From positions 9,300,001-9,364,000 of the forward strand of contig CM120649.1 in the NCBI GenBank assembly GCA_051362555.1: a stretch of DNA of 64,000 nt, read 5' to 3'. The position numbers and the translations under genes are program-made. Positions 48,301 to 60,300 of the stretch are shown piece by piece. Within the stretch, counting starts at the first letter, position 1, and each line of letters starts with the position of its first letter. A model generated the notes under the pieces. The model was given only the letters and a program-made list of their open reading frames with translations. It was not told where the DNA came from and made no database searches. This DNA comes from Lingula anatina. Lineage: Eukaryota; Animalia; Brachiopoda.

Positions 48301-51300
48301 GCACTGCCAGCGCCTACACTGGTGGTACAATAAAAATGTTGAAAAACAAAGAATGACCTGATCATGGTCATTTCAAAAGCTCATCCACCTATTAGAGCCT
48401 TATCATAGGCCAATTCATCAAGATTCCAAATGAAGTTCTTTCCTGGTAAATTCATGTCTCTGAAGAACTTCAATAGCACATCAACAAAGATAAAATTATT
48501 TTAAAAGCTCAACAAAGATTTCACATTCTGTGACACTTGAAGATGTTTTATGTCAACCATGAAGTGCTAGTAAAATGTTACCATGCAGTGATTGAGAGTG
48601 TATCAACACTCTCTTTCACGGCCCTGTAATATGTGCCAGAGCAGAAGTCAAGAATCACCTCGACCACGTAGACAAAACAGCTAGTTGTACTGTAGGGAAA
48701 GAATTATCACCAATGGAAAGTCTGTATGAGAAAAGAGTGCTCAAGAACATGAAATGAAATGTGCATGGATCTGATACCAGTTATAGTTAAATATGTATAG
48801 ACACGCATGTAATATGTATAGGCACCACTGTACACAGGCATATAAATCACAAACACATACCAACAACACAGACCATCGACTGATTATTTGAAAAAAAAAA
48901 ACTTACATAAATTAGAGGATTGAAGTAAAATAACATTTATTTGAAAATCTGTTTTCAGAGACATTGGGAATCATTATATACTTTAAAGTATTGATTTTAA
49001 CACAATAAGAAGCACAATGTCTCAAATTCTGCTTTGTTTCTTCCACACACAGCCATGCCATCAGAAAGCAAAAGGTGTCTATACCTACCTAACAGGCCAA
49101 GGATGGGGTGTGTCTGGAGACCTTTGGATAAAAGAACTTAACAGTTACTAAAAAATACTAACTGTTTGAGTTTAAATTACTTGTCCCATTGCTGTGGTGA
49201 TAACTTTAATACACATTTCAAAAATAACTTTTATCACTGGCAGAACATTCATACATTAAGACAATGTAATAAAGAAGTTAATGATTTTATTGTTTAAAGT
49301 CCTAAAAACTTTCCATATCGAACACTGTTAGGTAGCAATAATGCTAAATAAGGCAGCAAATCTGTCAAATGTACAAACAAAAAGCATAAAATGATGAACT
49401 GCTACTGTCAATTCTGATGTGATAATACACTATGCTTAACACCAAAGACAAAACAATTTTAACTAGAGGATCAGAGAGGCGATACCGCCTCAGGATATTG
49501 TACTATCAGCTGGAGTAAGCGCATTCGTATGGACCCCCCCCCCCCAAAAAAAAAAAAAAAAGGGACACCACCACCAGTCTTGTGCTTGCAATGCAATCAA
49601 CAAGTTCTCAAAATATGCAAAAAAAAAAAAAAATATAACAAAAAATGGTACAATCAAGCAGATTTTCAAATTGACCTGCATATTCCTAACATTGATCACT
49701 CCTGTGATTCTCTAGACAATAGGCCTATTGGTTTTCCTTAAAATGTGTTGTCAGTGTTGCATATATGCTGACAAAAGAGAAAACCTAGGGGCAACACCGG
49801 GCACATCTCTGCTAGTTTTGAAGATATGAGGGGCAAGAAAATATGCAAAGCTCAGTTCATGGTGAAAAAGTAGGTCAAAGGTCAATTTCATCATCACAGT
49901 ATATGAATTTCTATTCAAGTTCAATAGTAACCATGGGCATTTCTTTGCCAATTTTGGAGATTTTAAGGCCAGAAAACATGCAAAAAGCAGTTCATCATAA
50001 AAAGTAGGTCAAAGGTCAATTTCAAGGTCACAGTTAGGTTGACAGTGTATGACTTCCTATTCAAGTTAAACAACAACTTTGAGTGTATCTCTACCGGTTT
50101 TTGAGATCTAAGGGAAAGAAAATTTACAAGATCAGTTTATGCTGAAAATTAGGTAAAAGGTTAATTTCAGGGTCACAGTTAGATTGCCAGTATATGACTT
50201 CCTATTCATGTTCAATACCAACTATGGGAGTATCTTTGCCAGTTTTTGAGATATAAAGATCAGAAAATATGCAAAGTGCAGTTTATTATGAAAAGTAGGT
50301 CAAAGGTCAATTTCAAGGTCACAGATTACCAGTATATGATTTCCTATTTAACTTCATTACTATGGACCTTTGTCTGCCAGTTTTGAAGATAAAAGGGAAG
50401 TAAAATTTGCAAAGTTCATTTAATGGTGAAAATTAGGTCAAAGGTCAATTTAAGTGCCACAGTTAGATTGCCAGTATATGACTTCCTATTCAAGTTTAAT
50501 AGTAACTACCTGCATATCTTTGCCAGTTTTGGAGATATAAAGATCAGAAAATTTGCAAAGACCAGTTTATCATGAAAAAAAGGTCAAAGGTCAATTTCAA
50601 GGTCACAGTAAGATTACCAGTATATGTCTTCCATTCAACTTCAATAGTAACTATGGAGCTATCTCTGCCAGTTTTGGAGTTAAAAGGGAAAGAAATTAAC
50701 AAAGTTCAGTTCATGATAAAAAGTAGGTCAAAGGTCAATTTAAAGGTCACACTTAGATTGCCAGTATATGACTTCCTATTCAAGTTCAATAGTCACTATG
50801 GACCTATCTCTGCCAGATTTGGAGATAAAAGGGAACAAAAATTTGCAAACTTCAGTTCATGGTGAAAAAGTAGGTCAAAGGTCAATTTTAAGGTCATGGT
50901 AAAATTGCCTTTAATGACTTCCTATTCAAATTCAATGGTAACTATGGGCGTATCTTTGCCAGTTTTGAAAGTATAAGCATTAAAAGAGTTGTAAAGTTCA
51001 GTTTATGGTAGGTCAAAGGTCAATTTTAAGGTCACAGTTAAATTGCCAATATATGACTTCCTGTTCAAGTTCAAAGTAACTATGGGCGTTTCTTTGCCAG
51101 TTTTGGAGATATAAGGGACTTATATGTTGCAAAGTTTAGTTCATGGTGAAAAGTAGGTCAAAGGTCAATTTCAAGGTCACAGTCAACTTCAATAGTAACT
51201 ATGGTCCTATCTCTGCTGGTTTTAGATATATAAGGGACTAAATGTTACAATTTTAGAGTTACAATAATGCACCATAAATTTCCTGTCAAAAGATATTAAT

Positions 51301-54300
51301 TTTGGTTGAAATTCTTGCAATGGGAGGTGCTCAGAAGTTCCAGATGTTCATGAAATAATGTCATTTTTGACCAGAAGTTGTTTGCCTCGCCAAGCCTTAT
51401 GTTTTATTTTCCAGAGGTTCAAAATTTATTATACATTACCATATTGCACATTTTGCTTTCACCACCAAAATGTACTTTTTGATACAGCATAACTCAAAAA
51501 CCGTATGGAAATAAAAAAAACGGAGACCACCTTCAGTGTTGGGCTTTACATGCTCTACAAAATGCAAAAAAGAATGGGTCTCTAGCATTAACGGTTCCCG
51601 AATAAGAGACAGTTTTCAGTTTCGGTATCTTATGGCCGCTACTCCCGTGAAAATGCACCGACTGACACCAAATTCACGGAGATGAAAGATGACCCGAAGG
51701 GTAACACTTTCCAATAATATTATAAGTTAGGTCTGTGTAGTTTCTGAATATCAGTGCAAATAATTTTTTTTGGAAAAAAATTTCGTTTTTTGAAAATTTT
51801 GGCCCATTTGACTTTGAAATAAAGGTCAAAGGTCAAATCCAAGGGCATATTTGAAATCTCCACATATGACTTTCGGTCAGCCGTCTGTAGAAATTTTTCC
51901 CATAATTCCTTCCATAGGGTAGATAATTAGCATTTATTTTTGCCATTTTTGGACAAGGGTGCATTGCAATGAGCACCACACCTAGACCCCAGCACCGACG
52001 AAGGCCAAATTTTACGTGGAACGAGTTGAGATTATAGGTAACCAACCTAAAGTCTGTAGGAGGAGAAGCGGTGATGATGTCATGGCAGCGGAGCCGGTGG
52101 AACATGCGGGTCGGGACTAAAACCATGTGTACCACCAACGCCTACGCTGGTGGTACAATTATGCACATCAGGTAATACGGATGTGGATGTTTCCGTTCTG
52201 CCTCATGCCTGTGGGAGTTCTATGACCCACAGTGAAAATGACAGAATGTGAAAAATGAAAATTTCACAAAAATGTGTAACCTCCCGAAAAAAGATGTCAA
52301 TTAAACTGCTTTTCCAGCTCAAGCTGAATTTTAGTCCTGTTTCTTTTTTTTTTCTGTTTAAGAATAATAAATAACAAGGTTTTCCCTTCATGGTCATCAT
52401 GGCAACAGTGTCCAAAATAGGGTTTTCTACAATTTTGATGCAGTATCACATAATATTTAACAGCCTTTGATTTCTGGTCCCCTCTTGTAATTAGAATTTT
52501 GACTAGCTGAATCATAGTTCTTAACTGTACCAAATGGCACGGTTTGCTCTCTAAAATACCAAAAATTTTAGGGCCCTTCAGAGAACCCCACACCAAGTGA
52601 GGGGGCATGGGGAGGCAGCAGGGCTTAGCATCTTCGCCCCCCCCCCCCCCCCCCAAATAATCCTTGATCTGCCCAAGCATATCTAAACCTTTGTTTAAAA
52701 AAATGGTGTCTTGAACTTGATATACTTAAAATGAATGTCTCATAGAGGTGATTTCATAGCTTAATTTCATTTTAGAAACTTCCACATTTAAATCAAATTA
52801 TATCAATGTTTGGTTAAGAATGTTCAGATGTCTCAGTTATGATATTAAATGAAACTGTTTTTTTTTATTTCATTCATTGGAAAGAACTGTAACCAAGTTT
52901 TAAAAGGATTGAATGTATTTATGCATGTTGTTTATATAGCTTCAGTTTAAATATTTTAAAGGCCTTGAGTAATGTCTCAATTCCGTTTATTGACTTCAAT
53001 ATCTCTGACTTGCTTTAATTGAGGAATCACTGTAATGTTTTTTTTTCCTGTGTATTTGTATACAAGGAGAAGAACTCTCTATTGTCATCAGAGATTACAG
53101 ATCATAAGAGATCATCAGAGTAAGTTTTGTCAGTCGAACCGACAGCTGTCTTAGACTGGGTTCCCATCCCTAGATCGATCTAACAGGATCGGTCTATCTC
53201 CACGGGGTCCCTCGCTAAATTGCTTTCAGCCCAAGTGGCTTACACGCCTGGGATGCCCCAAGCTGCTAAACGATAGGTAATTACCCACTATCAGCCTCAG
53301 TAGACGTAACAGACATCTAAGCCGCCTAAGTTGCAATTAAGCGAGAATCCCCTCGGAGATAGTTCGATCGAAGTTAGTACAATAGGGTCTGGGAATGGTC
53401 TCTTAGGAGACTCCAGGCCTCTTATTCAGAGAAATAAATGTAGAGATCTGCCAGTTTGTAGTTAATCTCTGAAAAACAGCCTTAGCCATAATGTTATCTG
53501 CTGGAATAGTAGGGCAATTCCGGCGATACGGACGTACATTTTGCACACTTTGGGAGTGCACTGCACAAAATCCTGTACATTTGAGGCCAATTTCTTGTGG
53601 CCTGTATGTGCGTCTTAGGTGGTTATATTACTTTATAAAATAACATGTTTCAACTCCTTTGCATGGCTATGTAGCATACTGAAAACACCCCTGTAACGGA
53701 CGTATGCGTACAAATGAGATTTTTCAACTTGCTTTATTCAACTCAAAAACTCTGTGAAATTTTTGAAAAAAATATATAGTGCACAAAACATGTTAAGGTT
53801 GATAAAATATCAGGTTAAGTTAACAGTTTGATTATAATGACTGGGCTGGAATACTTTGTTTCATGTAACAGACGTACAGTTTGGTCGTAATAGACGTACT
53901 TGTATGAACACAACGGATGTACATAAAAATAAAATTGCATTTATGAAGTACCTAAACTGTATTTAGTAATTACACTACTCTTACTTAATTCATAGTTTTT
54001 AAAGTTTACATTGAAGCAACATTAGACAAGTAGTTATGAATAACAACAATCTAAATCAAATATAATTTTATTCAAAGTAAAATAGTATGTCACATGACAA
54101 AACTTCTCATCTATTTGTAGAAGTTTATTAAATTTCTTTTTTTTTTTTTTTGGATTAAACAAAATTGTTGAAAACCTTGAACTAAACTCTCTTAATTTCT
54201 TCAAATTTTGTTAAAATTCCCTATGGTAAATGGTCCATTTCCTTTTAAAACAAGAGGACCTACAAACAAAAAGGTGGAGGCACAAAAGATGGAGGATTAA

Positions 54301-57300
54301 GCAGATTTTGTGCCAGAAACTTCATTTTAATATGATGAAAGCTGAAATGTGAACAAGTGCATGATTCTATAACTCTTCCTACATAGAAATTTACAGAATC
54401 AATGTAAAAAACAGCATAATAACTTTCTCTTTTGATAACTGGGCCAGCAAATCTGATACCATCATAATGGCTTATGGATGGTATATAGCCAACAAATACT
54501 TGTCTAGGGTATTTCTATTCAAGAATTCCAGAATTCTATCTCTTCATTCAACACACTTTTGCTGCAAACAATTTTTTGAATCTGGCTGGCATACAACTTT
54601 TTCCAATGAACTCTGAAATAATTTGAGGGAGATCGGAATAACCATGTAGAGCCTTTAATAGATGTCGGACACTTTCATGATACACGCATAAACACATATT
54701 ATGTGGTATGGATTCAAACAATTTTACATGTTTAGGATGTAACTCACAAAACTTACTACGACTGATTTTTTTGTCAGTAGCTACTGTCTTACAATAATTT
54801 TCATATGCTTCAGAAAGTGAGGGAAGCATATATCTAGACTGCAGACTTCATCATGGAACAAATTATTTTATAACAAATTCTTTTTTCATTGAATACAAGT
54901 ACAGGAAGATTTATTAAATATCTAATCAAATTATAACCACCTATCCTTCAGGTAAAGGTGGGGGTAAACAGATGAACAGGTAAACAGATATTTTATGAAT
55001 TTTTTTAGTGTGGTGGGAAGGTGAGCAGGTGGGTAGTGGTCAAGCAATTAAAAGTGACAAATAATCAAAGGGATACCTGGACAACCGAGATAATCTGTTT
55101 ACCCCACCTCTCCCTAGAGATGCACTTTGATTAAAGACTTACTCAATCAAGTGGGGAGTAATAAAGCAATAAAAAGTAACAGTTCATTCCTCAAAGGGTT
55201 ACCTGGATGAGTGAGATCATCTGTTTACCCCTCCTTTACCTGGAGATATACTTTAATCAGATTTTTAATAAACTGTTCTGTACTTCTATCTTGAAAATTT
55301 ATGTACTTGTACTCCGTGAAAATAATCTGTTTAATAAAATTAATATTATCTTTAAGGTGATCAAAGTGCTTATTATGGTAGTTGATAACTTCACAAATGC
55401 TTTTTCTCAGTAAGGTCTCTACACAACTTCAGTAAGTGCAGCAAGAAGTATCCAGTAATCAGCAAGCAGTAGTGGACATGACAGATATATATATATATAT
55501 AGCCTAAATATGGAAGCCCTTAGGAGTTTCTAGATCTTTCTATACATTACCATTGATAGCAGATTCCATAAACATCTTGAATTCAATTGTATTCATACTG
55601 AATTCTACAATGTTTTATCTACTGATTTTTAGGATGTTCTACCAAATTCTAGAATGTTCTCATTTCTGACCAGCACAACATAGATGAAGATGACATAATT
55701 AGCATCAATGATGATGATGAACACATAAGATGTTGATATATTAATTCAAGAATGTTTTTTTTTATCAATGTGCTAATTTATATTCCCAAACCCAATAATC
55801 TGAATTTGAATTGAAATATTTATTTTACATACCAATTGTTCATCAGTGATACATAAACTATGCAGTATGCGTAAGACGGGATGGTAAATTTCTAATTAAT
55901 CACTTTCTGTTCAAGAGTAAAACCCTTTGTACTTGATGTACATCACAAAATGTACGCCCCTTACGCAAAAGTGTGTACGTCTGTTCTATTATTTACATAA
56001 AATTAAAACATGGTAAAACAAAATTTTGTGTACTATTATTGAGAGGAGTGAAAGTGTGCTTTGCAAAAAAATCAGCATTTTGTAACATCTTTTTTTAGTA
56101 AAATAACTAAAAAAATGTGTTTTTACTGTAATGGACGTACATTGACCTGCACACCAAAAGCTTGCCAATTTTTTTTTTATGCTAAGAGCTCTGTCAATTT
56201 TTTTCTTTTTTGTTGAATATTAGACATTTGCCCATTGTTAATATATACTACAAAATTTTGTTAATGTATTTTAAGAACAAAATTTTCACAATTTAAATTT
56301 GTTGACTGGATCATGAAAAATAAGCTATAAAAAGGACCACATTTGACATAATTTTTCTTAACTAAAATCAAAAGATATTCTAAAAACTCCAGTAGTTCCA
56401 AAAACTTCAACTGATCTGCTTTTAAATGACACCCTTTGTTAGATTCTAGAGCAAATTTGAAAATTTTATGTTGAGGTTGACCATTTGCCGAAAATGCCTA
56501 GTAACTTAGTGTCACTTGTTGATAAAACAACGTGGGGAAGAGAAACGGACTGATTGGAAGTTTAGCGACAATTGGAAAGAAGGTAGGACCTGGCTGACAA
56601 ACAATCCGAAAAAGGAAAATATTGTGTGCCAAGTGTCAGGAGTACTACAGTTATCTTGAAGATTAACAGCAACATTAATCCAACTGCTTTATTAAGAACA
56701 GGTTTTCACAATTCCCAAACACCTACTATTCACAACCAGGGGTTGGCCTAAAGTGCACATGAACTTGGAAGGCTCACAGTTTCTTCTTTATCAAAAAGAA
56801 ACAAATGAAAAAAGAATTCAGTTTTGGCTGGACAGTCCCCATCACCTCACATTGCTGTTTTGCAATGCATATGTAAACACAACAGGTGAAATTATTTTCA
56901 CATTTATGGATATTTTATGGATAGACATTTGATATTACTGGCTACATGTTCTTCATTCTTGTATTGCATTCTGATATCATTCTAAAATACTCTTTTCATT
57001 AAGTAATAAACAACTTAACATGGAGATATGTTTTTTTCTGCCTTAATATTGTTGCAAAAAGTATGAAATATATATAAACTAAACTCCGAGAGCTCAGACC
57101 TCTGCCAAGGCAGCATTTTTTAAAATTATTATTGATTGATTATTGATCTGGATCACCACCAAAAACTAATCACTTCTAAGTTAACCCATTTCTGACCTAC
57201 CCTGAAAATTTCATCAAAATAGGTCCATAATGTTTTGAGCTATGTTGAAGATTGATTTTTGAATATTGATTGATTAAGATCCAGATCACCACCAAACACT

Positions 57301-60300
57301 AATCATCTCTTCCTTGGCCCACTTCTGACAGTTCTTGAAAATTTCATCAAAATGGGTCCATAACTTTTAGAGTTATGACAGACAGATAAACAGACAAACA
57401 GACAAACAGGGGTGGAAAAAAAACCTCCTTGGTGGAGGTAAAGATATACATATGTGTAAAAGATATTATTTCAGAAGTTTTATTGTCTACAATTGAAAAA
57501 TGAAAAAACCTTTAATTTTGTTTCAGTCTGACAAATTTTTTGGCCTTTCGTTAAATTTGGGATTGAGCCCACCTAGGTTACATAGGATTTTGACATATAA
57601 GTGAATAATTTCCAGCAAAAATAATGTAACATACTGCTTTAAACAAAGCATATACTGTATGTTACAAATTATCCCTTAACAATATGTTGTTTCGTTAAGT
57701 CACTTACCGTAATGTGGTTGCTGAATTGATCTGAGCATATCCAGCTGAAAAACAAAATGTTCATTTACATTTGTAAAGAAAATAATTGCAGTCAAACTGC
57801 TATGTAATAAGACAAGACTGAACTGCTAATTTCCAAAGTGTTTTATATGACATCACTACAGTAAGATATCAAGCACTTGACCTCTATACTAGTAGAGATC
57901 AGCATGGCCCTTGACATGTACAAGACATGGGACCTTAGACCCCAAGAGGTGGCCTAGTTTGATTTTGCAAACTTCAGAAAAGTGTCTATCAATTAGATTT
58001 CCACCAATTTTCATTGCACATTCAACTATTGCAATGGTATCTGAACTGTGCAATCACATAAATGAATCACCAGTGTTACCTTGTTGTTTTCTTTTCTTTC
58101 AAAATTCAAGATAGTGGAGTGGCTTAGGGTAATACATGTATTTTTCTATCTATATAGATAAAGATTTTTTTATATTTATATATTTAAATACCATTGGATG
58201 AAGCAGTGATGTGTGTAACGTTACGAGCGGAGGAGCGCACACCAGACAACACGTTGTTAATAATTACTCAACTGCAGCACACAGCCGCTCTTTATTCTAA
58301 TTGGACAATATTACGCAATGTGCATGACGCACCACTATGTGACATCCCCCCCTTTTAAAGGAAAAAAAACTAATTAACATACAGACAATCACTTACCAAT
58401 TACTTATATGTCTATCTACAAAATGTGATACACATGCTTATCTTAAACATTGTATTACCACCTTAGTTAAAGTAATAAAATACAAATAAAAGTAAAAGTT
58501 CTGTTATGACTGTCTCTGATCAGCAAAATGCATTTTATGATTAGTGCAATAACATTAAACACAACATGTCTCCCCTAGTAAACAGTCAATGTTAATCTTC
58601 CTGAGTGCATAAAGTCAATGCAGTACTTTTCAACAGTGTCTTTCTTACACACATACATTTAAATGTGTTACAGGTACTGTGTACAATCAACAAGTTTTTT
58701 TTTCTTTTTTTTTTTTTTAATATAACAACAAATAAACATGCAGTCACTTCATTTCATAATCTGCTTGCCACCTAGGCGGATGTCTCTCTCGAGTACTACG
58801 CCTACACATTTGTGGCTGAGCAATTTGTTTTCCAGTTTCATTGTTCTGGTGCACTGTTTTACTCATACTAGTATCTGATGGTTCAGTATCCATAACATGC
58901 GACTCGGGCACAGAGTCAGGAGACTTGTTTATCATGCGTTGGTTTCTATGATATGAATGTCCATCCGGAGTAGTCACCTCATATGACCTCGGCGTATTAT
59001 GAATATCTGTCACTCTGGCATATTCCCAATTTTGTCCTAAATTCACACGAACACTATCTCCCACATTAAATGACTGGTGATATTTAGCACTTCTATCATA
59101 ATAAAATTTCTGCTTTTGCTGATGATTGTGCAACTTTGACTGTGCATCATTTACCATCTTTGGTTGCAGCAAGTTATTTGTAGTAGGCATTTTATCTTTT
59201 AACCTCCTACTTATTAACAATTGAGCTGGTGATGAGCCTATACCAGCTAAAGGTGTATTTCTGTATTCTAACAACGATATGTGAGGATCTTTACCCTCTG
59301 CTTATGCTTTCTTAAGCATTCCTTTAATTGACTGCACAAATCGCTCACTTTGACCATTAGACTTAGCATAAGTGGGACTAGTATAAACACAAGTGAATCC
59401 CCACTCTTTCGCAAACTGCTTAAAAGTAGCACTATTGTAAGGCATATTATCACTAACTAAGGTATCTGGAATACCATGCCTTGAAAACACTGGTTTCATT
59501 GCTGCAATAACACCAGCTGCTGTTTTGTTTTGCAGCTTGACAACTTCAGGAAACTTTGAATAATAATCAACTATCAACAAGTAATCATGGCCTGCAAACT
59601 CAAATATATCTGAACCCAGCTTTGACCATGGACGAGTTGGCAAAGAATGTGGAATCATTGGTTCCTTGGGATTCTGATGCGCATATGTGGCACATACTGG
59701 GCAATCAGCAATCTTGGTCTCTATGTCCTTGTTGATATTAGGCCAATACATAATTTCAGAGGCTCGTGCTTTGCACTTTTCACTGTCGGCATGTCCTTCA
59801 TGAAGTGTAACAAGCATTTCTTGTCTCATGGCAACAGGAATTATAAGTCGCTCTCCAGCATATATCAGTCCTTCCTCCACATGCATTTGTCCCCTTAAAT
59901 TCCAATATGCCTGAATTTCTGGTGCTAGGGAAGACTTATGCTGAGGCCAACCATTCACGATATGGTTATGGACCAGCTGGAGGCTGTGGTCACTCTGAGT
60001 AGCATCTCGAAGTTCCTGAATCCTGTGCATGGATGCTGGCAAATACTGAGTAACAGTATGAATCCTGTACTGTCCCTCTTGTAACTGAGAATCTATGCTC
60101 TCCTTAGATGTGTCATCAACATATGCACGTGACAGCGTGTCTGCAATGTACAACTTTGAACCTGGTACATATGTCACACATAGATTGTATTTCATCAATT
60201 TTAACAACATCATTTGCATTCTAGGAGACACCTGGTGTAGTGGTTTCCTTATAATTGCCTCTAGGGGTTTGTGGTCACTCTCCACCATAACCTCATTGCC

